NCBI GenBank assembly: GCA_002762785.1
Contig: PCXY01000003.1
Location: 70,463 to 134,462 of the forward strand
DNA: 64,000 bases
Direction of reading: 5' to 3'
Source of the DNA: Candidatus Woesearchaeota archaeon CG10_big_fil_rev_8_21_14_0_10_45_16
GTDB lineage: Archaea; Nanobdellota; Nanobdellia; Woesearchaeales; GW2011-AR9
Shown: positions 1 to 7,540 of the stretch, piece by piece
Numbering within the stretch: position 1 is the stretch's first letter
Layout: the number at the start of each line of letters is the position of its first letter
The notes under the pieces: model-generated
Told to the model about the DNA's origin: nothing
Database searches by the model: none
What the model saw: only the letters and a program-made list of their open reading frames with translations
Position numbers and translations under genes: made by a program

Positions 1-261
1 TAAAGGTACTGACTCAACAATGAGTGTTAGAGTTTTATCATCTGAATCTAAAATTCTATGTGTGTTTATTCCAGCATCATACAATCGTGCTGTAACATCT
101 CTTTCTCGGGAATATCTTTGGTGTGCTCTCATAATTTTTTTTCTCTCTAAAAAAGCCCAAAGAACTGGAAGAGAAAAACCACCATAGGATTTGGTAAATG
201 TACCATTATCTACATTTGTTGAGTTACTACTTACATATTTTCCTAGCCAATCAAGATTCAT
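1..261 (-). CDS. Partial cassette-borne ORF (runs off the window start), hypothetical, possibly kinase-like
   Basis: ATG at 261 on the minus strand opens a frame with no stop to base 1 (MNLDWLGKYVSSNSTNVDNGTFTKSY...); it lies inside the truncated cassette ending at 332. Confidence 0.6.
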   Translation of the reverse strand, partial: MNLDWLGKYVSSNSTNVDNGTFTKSYGGFSLPVLWAFLERKKIMRAHQRYSRERDVTARLYDAGINTHRILDSDDKTLTLIVESVPL

Positions 262-326
262 TATTTAGTTGGGGGAGGCATTTTCATTATAAAGTTTACC
301 TCTATTATTTGCCCGTAGTGATTGAG

Positions 327-341
327 CATAACGATGTTATG
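327..341. repeat. Cassette junction palindrome 1 (CATAAC-GAT-GTTATG)
   Basis: Exact 15-mer, 6-bp inverted arms around GAT. Confidence 0.95.
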
Positions 342-555
342 CTTCCTTAGGTTTATCCTCAGGTCGAGGCGTAGCCGAGAAGTTTTCAAGTTACCGTGCA
401 TAGTGCGTTGCTGTCAGAAGTCTTTAACACATTTAGTTCAGGCAAAAACAATTAGTGGTTTCATAGTAGTTAGGGGGCTCTCTCGTTTTATCAAAATTAT
501 TAGCAAATTATTTAAATTAGTTCGGTTTTTAGTATGTAAGAGGTATTCAAAGAAA

Positions 556-756
556 ATGGAAACTGACATATTAACCAAGATTCATGAAGATTTAGAGATA
601 TTAAAGCATGATATGGCTGAGATTAAAGAAGTTATCAAACTAGAACCTGAACTACGTGAAGAAGTGATTGAACAAGTTAAAGAAGCCAGAGAACGTATTG
701 TTAAGGGACAATTTGTTAGCAATGAAGATATTCTTAAAGAGTTTGATGTAGAATGA
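556..756 (+). CDS. Putative antitoxin of a RelE-type TA pair (cassette 1)
   Basis: 66-aa acidic ORF (METDILTK...) behind a TTTAAA box; overlaps the RelE-like gene by ATGA. Confidence 0.75.
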   Translation: METDILTKIHEDLEILKHDMAEIKEVIKLEPELREEVIEQVKEARERIVKGQFVSNEDILKEFDVE

Positions 757-1037
757 GCTATGAAGTTATTTGGGATGACAAAGCCCGAAATTTCTTAAGG
801 AAAATTCACAAAGATGATGCTAAAAGAATTGTAAAGAAAGTAAATAGCATTGTTGATGATCCAAGGCATTATCTTGAAACATTAGTTGAGATTAAATCCT
901 ACAAATTAAGAATAGGAGATTTTAGAGCATTAATTGATTTGGATGAAAATAAGCAAACTATTTCTGTCGTGCTGGTTGGACATAGAAAAGATGTTTACAA
1001 ATATGTTCAGAGAAGTGGTTTTAGAAGAAAGAATTGA
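753..1037 (+). CDS. RelE/ParE family toxin (cassette 1)
   Basis: 94 aa, basic; MSYEVIW start and YKLRIGDFRAL...VVLVGHRKDVY motif typical of RelE/StbE. Confidence 0.85.
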   Translation: MSYEVIWDDKARNFLRKIHKDDAKRIVKKVNSIVDDPRHYLETLVEIKSYKLRIGDFRALIDLDENKQTISVVLVGHRKDVYKYVQRSGFRRKN

Positions 1038-1053
1038 TAATTAAAAGAAAAAA

Positions 1054-1416
1054 TTAAAGACTTTGGCGTTGTGTCAATCCTCTTCCTAAATGGTTATAAA
1101 AATTGTGTGAAGCAGATTTTTCTTCTGTTGGATCTGCAACAAGTTCAATACCAAGAGGATTAAAGACTTTTTCTTTCATCTCCCCATCAATTCTTTTGGA
1201 TGAACCAATTGGAACTATCTGATATACTTGTGCAATAACATAAGCTCCAACAACTCCGTCTGTTCCAAAAAGATTGTTGCCATTTTCATCATTATCAGAT
1301 TCATGATATGCTCTGTGGATTGTTTGTAATGTAGCCAATCTTGTTGGATCTTTTCTAATATCATCTAAACAAAATTCAGCTGCTTCTCTTGGTTTTAATT
1401 GTCTAATTTCTGGCAT
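1054..1416 (-). CDS. Hypothetical protein (cassette 1)
   Basis: 120-aa ORF with an upstream GGAGG and TTTTTAAA box, convergent with the TA pair. Confidence 0.65.
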   Translation of the reverse strand: MPEIRQLKPREAAEFCLDDIRKDPTRLATLQTIHRAYHESDNDENGNNLFGTDGVVGAYVIAQVYQIVPIGSSKRIDGEMKEKVFNPLGIELVADPTEEKSASHNFYNHLGRGLTQRQSL

Positions 1417-1622
1417 TTTTTATCCTCCCTATCACCAATTGTGTGAAGATAAGAGCTACTTTAAAAATATTTGTGTTTAAAATGAGAGAGAGCCCCCATT
1501 TCAGTATTTTACATTTACTTTGTTTTTGCCGTTATAGAGTTTTACATTGTTAAAGACAGCAACGCATTAGTTTAGAGAATTTCCTACAGGATTGTTCTCG
1601 TCTAGGTAACTTGAAAATTAAG

Positions 1623-1637
1623 CATAACGATGTTATG
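1623..1637. repeat. Cassette junction palindrome 2
   Basis: Exact CATAACGATGTTATG. Confidence 0.95.
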
Positions 1638-1775
1638 TTTCAGGGGGTTTATCCCCCTGCAAGCGTAGCGTAGAGTTTTTAGATTTGAGAACAAAGATTA
1701 ATCACGAACAGAGTGAGACAAGACTTTAGGAAAAAAGCCCTAAGTTATTTAAAGTAGTTAGAGAAATGATATGTT

Positions 1776-2486
1776 ATGGTTGATAAATTATTGGCGAGAG
1801 CAACAAGTCCCACACAGTATGATTTAGATGATATCTCATGGAGTACTGAAAATGGTCTCCAATCTCCTACAAGAAAATTCTTTTTTGATTATTTATTAGG
1901 ATTTAAGGAGGAGTGGAGAGATTCTGATATTTTAGATATTGGTTGTGGGACAGGTTGGTTAATGCATTTGTTAAAGGAGAATGGAGCAAAATCTGTTGAG
2001 GGAATAGAACCATCTCATAAAAATGTTGCATATGCAGGTGATAATGGATTTGAAATTTATCATTGCGATTTAGATTCTTTTTCAGAAGATAAGAGATATG
2101 ATTTATTAATTTCCGTTATGACTTTTGGACACATAAATAATATTGATTCTTCTTTTGAGAAGATGGCAAGATTAGTTAGAGATGGGGGTGGTGTCCAGTT
2201 AATTGTTCCTGCATATGATTATTTTAAAAGAGAAAGAGATGGTTGTAAGGTTGAATTTGAAGAATTAAATCCAGAGGAATATGTTGTTCAAGTAACTCGT
2301 GAGCAAGGAACAATTGCTGAAATTGTGAGAAAAGTGGAGTTTTATGAACGTGCCGCTGAACGAGTTGGTTTAACAGTTGAAGATTCTATTCCGATGGTTC
2401 CAACAGATTCATTGATGAGAGATTCTCCGAGACATGCAACATTTAAAGGTCAGCCAATAACATATCTAGTGAGACTGCGAAAATAG
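1776..2486 (+). CDS. Class I SAM-dependent methyltransferase (cassette 2)
   Basis: ILDIGCGTG motif I, VEGIEPS motif II, YDLLIS motif. Confidence 0.85.
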   Translation: MVDKLLARATSPTQYDLDDISWSTENGLQSPTRKFFFDYLLGFKEEWRDSDILDIGCGTGWLMHLLKENGAKSVEGIEPSHKNVAYAGDNGFEIYHCDLDSFSEDKRYDLLISVMTFGHINNIDSSFEKMARLVRDGGGVQLIVPAYDYFKRERDGCKVEFEELNPEEYVVQVTREQGTIAEIVRKVEFYERAAERVGLTVEDSIPMVPTDSLMRDSPRHATFKGQPITYLVRLRK

Positions 2487-2521
2487 GGCTTTTTTCTACT
2501 TTCTCAAATCTAAAAATTAAA

Positions 2522-2536
2522 CATAACGATGTTATG
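2522..2536. repeat. Cassette junction palindrome 3
   Basis: Exact CATAACGATGTTATG. Confidence 0.95.
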
Positions 2537-2838
2537 CTTCGGGAGGTTCACCCTCCCGCAAGGAAACGGAGTTTGAGCGAGTGTTGAAAACCAGCCGTTA
2601 GGCTGTAAATGGTTTTTCTCGCTCATTCCCGGTTTCCGCAGAGTCTGACCTTGAAATTTTGGACATATTGGCTTTTCCTTGAAATAATTCCCACCACTGA
2701 CGCTGGTGAGCCGGGGGATGCCCCCTCCGGGGTGGCGAACGAGGACTCACGAAGGGAGTCCGACAGCCGTCAGTAGTGGTGGACGCATAATTATTTGATG
2801 GAAAATAACCAAAATTTAATGGTCATATTAAGCATAAC
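2531..2838. other. ORF-less, highly self-complementary cassette 3
   Basis: No ORF in the track; nested inverted repeats across the whole 308 bp. Confidence 0.75.
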
Positions 2839-2847
2839 GATGTTATG
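2833..2847. repeat. Cassette junction palindrome 4
   Basis: Exact CATAACGATGTTATG. Confidence 0.95.
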
Positions 2848-2958
2848 TCCCCCAGACTTTACGTCTGGGTGCGAACGTAGTGAGCAAGTATTTTCCAACC
2901 GTGCAGAGAACTAGCGCCATATTTCCTAATCACTTGTAGTTAAAGGGGACAATTTTTT

Positions 2959-3942
2959 TTAGTGCTTGACTATTTCTAATTTTGCTTTTTTATTTTTGGC
3001 AAGAAGTTTGGCAGTTCCACCAATAGGAAATGTAATCATTGGATTAGTATGGCCAAAATCAACATTAGCAATAACAGGTAAGTGGTTTAATTCTTTTTTT
3101 GTTTTGATTATTTTTGTAAGTAATTCTTTAGTCATCTTTGTGGCTTTTTGAAATCTTCCTATTACTATTCCCTGCACTTTTTTAAATTCTGGTTGATGGA
3201 TGATTGATTGGATATCTCTGTCAATAGTGGCGACATGTGCTTCATAATCGTCTTCTAAGAAAAGAATACTACCCTTGATATTTGGTATGTATTCAGTTCC
3301 ATGAAGTAATTGAAGAGTGCATAAATTCCCTCCAATTATTTTTCCAGAAGCTTCGCCCTCATTAATTATCCAGAAACCATCGTTTTTCATAAATTCACGA
3401 TTTTCCTGATCATTTGCCCAGAGATCATCACTCCATTCTTTAGAAGGCAAGACTTCAAATGATTCATCAGAAAATAAGCATTTTTTGAAATAGTCTAATG
3501 AATAGTCAAATCCTCTCTTTTCCCCAAATGAGAAAAAGTGCAGACCAGAATATGTTACTAACCCTGTTTTTGCATAGATTGCATTTGCAAGAGCAGTAAT
3601 ATCTGAATAGCCACAAAGTATTTTAGGATTATTTTTGATTAAGTCATAATCTAAATATCGTAAAAGTTGATTAGAATTAAACCCGCCAATTACCGTTATG
3701 ATTAATTTTATTGATTTATCTTTAAACGCTTCATGGAGGTCATCTACTCGTTTTTTAATTGTTGAGGAATTGAATTCATCTATTTCGTTTACGTGTTCCG
3801 AAAAACTGACTTTAAGTCCTAATTCTTCTAAGCGTTTAATGGCTATTTTTTGTAATTCTTCATTAAGCCAGGGCATAGCCAAACTTCTTGCTGGTGTTAT
3901 TATACGAACGCCATCGCCAGATTTTAACTTTGCTGGAATCAT
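2959..3942 (-). CDS. S66 family LD-carboxypeptidase / MccF-like protein (cassette 4)
   Basis: MIPAKLKSGD start; GGFNSN, GYSDIT (catalytic Ser), GGNL, LFLED and DFGHT motifs. Confidence 0.9.
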   Translation of the reverse strand: MIPAKLKSGDGVRIITPARSLAMPWLNEELQKIAIKRLEELGLKVSFSEHVNEIDEFNSSTIKKRVDDLHEAFKDKSIKLIITVIGGFNSNQLLRYLDYDLIKNNPKILCGYSDITALANAIYAKTGLVTYSGLHFFSFGEKRGFDYSLDYFKKCLFSDESFEVLPSKEWSDDLWANDQENREFMKNDGFWIINEGEASGKIIGGNLCTLQLLHGTEYIPNIKGSILFLEDDYEAHVATIDRDIQSIIHQPEFKKVQGIVIGRFQKATKMTKELLTKIIKTKKELNHLPVIANVDFGHTNPMITFPIGGTAKLLAKNKKAKLEIVKH

Positions 3943-4099
3943 ACTTGTTAATGAACGTAGCAAATATATAAAATGTGCGGTAAAAATAGAGATTTAGAAA
4001 TTGTCCCCTACATTTGGTTTTACATTGTGATTAAGGCGCTAGTTTAGATTGTTAAAGTTAGCGTAAGCGTAGAATTGTTCTAGGTTGGAAAATATTGGA

Positions 4100-4114
4100 C
4101 ATAACGATGTTATG
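4100..4114. repeat. Cassette junction palindrome 5
   Basis: Exact CATAACGATGTTATG. Confidence 0.95.
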
Positions 4115-4201
4115 TTTCAGGGGGTTTATCCCCCTGCAAGACACGTAGTGTCGCAGAGGTTTTTGTTGTTGTATCAACCAGTTTAACGCTGTAGTGCATA
4201 A

Positions 4202-5077
4202 CTAATAATCTACGTGAACATGACCGTTTGATGCTATAATGTAACCAGCATATCTAATGAGAACTGCTTTAATATCTACATTTAATTCATGGAAGAGGTA
4301 ACTTCCGATTGTATTTTCATGGCTGAAATAAATGTTGATTGTTTTTTCTGATAAAGCACTCATTAGATTTCTTATTTCATTAGAAGTAGCTTCAGATAAG
4401 GGAGATTCTGTAATCCATTTTCTGAAATGTTCACGTAAAATTCTCAACTTTCTCCTATTTAGTGGGCTCCCATCTTCTAGTGTTTCTTTTAGTTCTGGAT
4501 ACCTCTCTTTCATATCTTTAATTTTTGAACCGCTTCCAGATAATGAACTGTTTTGTCTTGGTCGTGTTAAACGAGCATTAGAGTTTCTTGATAAATAAGA
4601 ATAAGAAAGATCAGCAAACAATCTTGTTCTTTTGCTGTCTGAATTATAGAAATTTACAGTTACATTATCATAAGCTTCCAAAAATTGTTTGAGAAATTTA
4701 TTAAATCTCCAAACTTGAATCATTCCTCTCATAGTTAAATTTTTTCCAGGAAGTTTCCGATAAGATGCCATTAATGGCTCAGGATGACGAACTAAAATAT
4801 TTACACCAGAAGAATTAAAAATTTTAATTTCATTTGTTAATTTTTGATAAGTTTCTTTCGTTGTTGATTCTTGACAATTTTTGATTATATTCAACAATGA
4901 GTTTTTCTGCTCCGATGAGAGATGTTTCTCAAATTTTTTGTAATAACCTAAAAGAAACTTCTCTAAACTTTTCATTCCAGCTTCAATAATTTTGATATCT
5001 TTCTCTTTATGAGAATTATTTAAGAGTTTTCTTCCTGAAGATTTCGTCAACGCAAGGAATGAACTAATATTCATCAT
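4202..5077 (-). CDS. Hypothetical protein, possibly histidine-phosphatase-like (cassette 5)
   Basis: ILVRHPE resembles the RHG motif; a later IYFSHENTI resembles the SH motif. Confidence 0.55.
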   Translation of the reverse strand: MMNISSFLALTKSSGRKLLNNSHKEKDIKIIEAGMKSLEKFLLGYYKKFEKHLSSEQKNSLLNIIKNCQESTTKETYQKLTNEIKIFNSSGVNILVRHPEPLMASYRKLPGKNLTMRGMIQVWRFNKFLKQFLEAYDNVTVNFYNSDSKRTRLFADLSYSYLSRNSNARLTRPRQNSSLSGSGSKIKDMKERYPELKETLEDGSPLNRRKLRILREHFRKWITESPLSEATSNEIRNLMSALSEKTINIYFSHENTIGSYLFHELNVDIKAVLIRYAGYIIASNGHVHVDY

Positions 5078-5112
5078 AAGCTTTAAATAGATCTTATTTT
5101 CTTATAAAACTT

Positions 5113-5673
5113 ATGTTAATTGTTATAGCTGGATTAATTGGAGCAGGAAAATCAACAATTGCTAGAGAACTTTCTAAAAAACTTTCTAAAAAACTTTCTA
5201 AAAAACTTTCTATTCCATTATATAGTATAGATGATGACAAAAAGAGAGTTTACAAGACTCACCCTCAATATGAACATTTCTTGAAGAATCACATCCCATT
5301 TCCGGATGAGACTAGAAAAAAAACTTTTGATGCTTCATTGAAGGGTCTTAGAAAGTTAGCAGAAGAGCATAAACATGCAATTGTTGAAGAAACATTTCAT
5401 AAAAAAATTTTAAGAGATCCATTTTTTGAAGAGGCTAAGAAAATTTTCGGGGGAATGATTTTGATTCTTGCAAAAGTAGATGATAAATTAGTGAAAGAGA
5501 GGTTAGATAAGAGAGAGAAAGATGAAGACCATATGGTTGGATATGGGATGTATCTATCATTTAAGAAACAGTGGGAGCCATTTGAGAAAGTTGATTATGA
5601 ATTTGTTAATGAAGGAAATTTTGATGAAAATATGAATCAGTTGGTGAATTTCCTGAGAGATAAGTTAGATTAG
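5113..5673 (+). CDS. P-loop kinase, AAA_33/gluconate-kinase-like (cassette 5)
   Basis: N-terminal GLIGAGKST Walker A; LID-like ERLDKRE. Confidence 0.8.
   Translation: MLIVIAGLIGAGKSTIARELSKKLSKKLSKKLSIPLYSIDDDKKRVYKTHPQYEHFLKNHIPFPDETRKKTFDASLKGLRKLAEEHKHAIVEETFHKKILRDPFFEEAKKIFGGMILILAKVDDKLVKERLDKREKDEDHMVGYGMYLSFKKQWEPFEKVDYEFVNEGNFDENMNQLVNFLRDKLD
5168..5212 (+). repeat. 12-bp in-frame tandem repeat (AACTTTCTAAAA, about 3.75 copies)
   Basis: Encodes [14 protein letters not shown]. Confidence 0.9.
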
Positions 5674-5752
5674 TTATTTCTTTATGCACGGAAGCGTTAG
5701 GTTTGGGATTTAGCGTTAGCGTAGAATCCATTTACAACAACAAAAACTTAAA

Positions 5753-5767
5753 CATAACGATGTTATG
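5753..5767. repeat. Cassette junction palindrome 6
   Basis: Exact CATAACGATGTTATG. Confidence 0.95.
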
Positions 5768-5955
5768 CCTCAGGGGGTTTATCCCCCTGCAAGCACGTAG
5801 TGCGCAGAGTTGGATTCTCACGTTTTTAGAGGGGGGCGTCAGTTATGACATTAGTTAGTTTTTAGAAAGGGGTCGCCAAATAAAATTTTTGTTACTTGTA
5901 AGTAAATTACAGAAACATTTAAATATTTGCATAGATTTCTTTTATAATACAATGA

Positions 5956-7041
5956 TTGGCAAAGAACGTCAGGAAAGGGATTATATTCCTAATTGGTCAA
6001 GATTATTCTAGCTATAGCTTTAAAGATTTAAGATATGCATCTTCTAATGAAAATTTACAGGACATCTATAATAGAGTTGAAGGCATAAAAGGAAATGGCT
6101 TGTTTGTAATTGGTGGATTTGATCAAGTTGCTTCTTTGTTAGGACATTCCGAACTAGATTTAGCACATTTAGTTGATAACAATCTTACTGCTGTTGAATA
6201 TGCTAGATTCCGCTTAGCACTGACACAAATTTGTGATACTAGATTTGAATATGTTGGTCGACTGATATCACGGAGAGTAAAAGGAATTTTTAATAATATC
6301 TCTTCTTTGAGAAATTTTTATTCTTCTAGAGAGACAGCAAGTGTTAGATTGTTCAACTTTTATAGAACACTATATGATGAACGCCTTACAAGGCTAAGAA
6401 AATTACTTGATTTAAGTCTGTGTTCTGATACAATAGAAGAAAAAATGCTTTATTTTGGGCAATTTAGGATGGAATTTGAAAAAGAAGCAGGGAATATAAG
6501 GGGTATAGAATGGAGAAGAGAATCTCTGGAAGAAGATTTCTGTAGATATGAACAATTTTTAGAAGAAAGAGAAATCGCTTATGATTCTCTGTTTGCTGAA
6601 GAAACAGCTAAATTGCTTTGTGAAAATTTTGGAATTAGTAAAAATCTACTAGAAGAAACAATCTTGAGCGAATATTTTGAAAGTAAATTGAACTGGGGTG
6701 AAAATGATATGGTCGCTGGAAGGAGATTTTGGAGTTTTATTGAATCTAATAAGGACCATTGGCTTTCATCAGACGCCTATTTCGAGAGAGTAAAATCAAT
6801 GTACAGAGAAGAAAGAATTAAATTTTCTCAGCTAGACTTGACCAATGAAGATATCTCGCTTAATCTTTTTGGAGATTTGTCTTTAGTTTATTTATCTAAT
6901 ATTCATGAATGGGTAAAAGTTGAATTAGGAGAACTAATTAAATGTTTATGTTTAAATGAGTTAGGTGTTAATGAACACACAATTTTTCTTTACACAACAA
7001 CAAAAGGAAAGGGTAAATGTAAAATGGCGACCCCGTTATAG
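5956..7041 (+). CDS. Hypothetical protein (cassette 6)
   Basis: 361-aa ORF filling the cassette, TTTAAA box upstream; no family recognised. Confidence 0.7.
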   Translation: MAKNVRKGIIFLIGQDYSSYSFKDLRYASSNENLQDIYNRVEGIKGNGLFVIGGFDQVASLLGHSELDLAHLVDNNLTAVEYARFRLALTQICDTRFEYVGRLISRRVKGIFNNISSLRNFYSSRETASVRLFNFYRTLYDERLTRLRKLLDLSLCSDTIEEKMLYFGQFRMEFEKEAGNIRGIEWRRESLEEDFCRYEQFLEEREIAYDSLFAEETAKLLCENFGISKNLLEETILSEYFESKLNWGENDMVAGRRFWSFIESNKDHWLSSDAYFERVKSMYREERIKFSQLDLTNEDISLNLFGDLSLVYLSNIHEWVKVELGELIKCLCLNELGVNEHTIFLYTTTKGKGKCKMATPL

Positions 7042-7124
7042 TTTTAGTTTTTATCTTCTCATAGAGAAGCGTTTTATACATAGCCCCACTCGTTTTTTTT
7101 AGTTTACGTGAGAATCCAATTAGG

Positions 7125-7216
7125 CATAACTCTTTATATGCTGAAATGGGCTGTAATGGGGGAATTTTGGGGATACAAGGGCTGTCCTGAAGCCCATAAA
7201 ACAATAAAGAGTTATG
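7125..7216. promoter_or_regulatory. Candidate attI-like primary recombination site at the array end
   Basis: The last CATAAC is followed by TCTTTAT rather than GATGTTATG; 7125-7137 is the exact inverse of 7204-7216; inner ATGGGCT/AGCCCAT stem. Confidence 0.6.
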
Positions 7217-7540
7217 TGCCACTATAACCATCATAGTAAGAAATGACTTAGAATGACCTAGAATGTCCTGAAAAAATCTAAATTCACTTTCTAAATTCAC
7301 CTAAAAAAACTTAACCACTTAACATCTTAACAACTTAAACTGACCTGAAATAACATCGATGGACGTATCAGCTTCAACATGGCTGATCTATGATCCCTCT
7401 GCACTGGTCAGCTTCTATTGTCCAGTGTGAGAGCGCTTCTACCTGCGAAATTTGGCAGGTTCAGCGGTTGGAGGATGAGCACTGGACACACTGGTCAGGT
7501 CCGGGTAAGATATATAAATCATAAAAGTCATGATAATGAC

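Noticed and set aside
322-555. N-terminal extension of ORF 322-756
   Set aside because: It runs through the junction palindrome and hairpins; the real start is the ATG at 556 after a TATA box.
327-5767. CRISPR array interpretation of the 15-bp palindromic repeat
   Set aside because: Spacing is 0.3-1.65 kb and contains genes, the repeat is too short, and there are no cas genes in the window.
327-5767. Classical attC sites, dif/pdif sites or simple transcription-factor operators
   Set aside because: Only 3 bp lie between AAC and GTT (no L boxes), there is no 11-6-11 dif layout, and operators would not explain cassette-specific end-to-end complementarity.
6968-7300. 110-aa minus-strand ORF
   Set aside because: It overlaps the cassette 6 gene end and the attI-like site, and its composition is not protein-like.
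7418-7540. N-terminal extension of the recombinase ORF
   Set aside because: It starts at TTG upstream of the TATATAAA box; ATG 7541 or 7553 fits the domain start.
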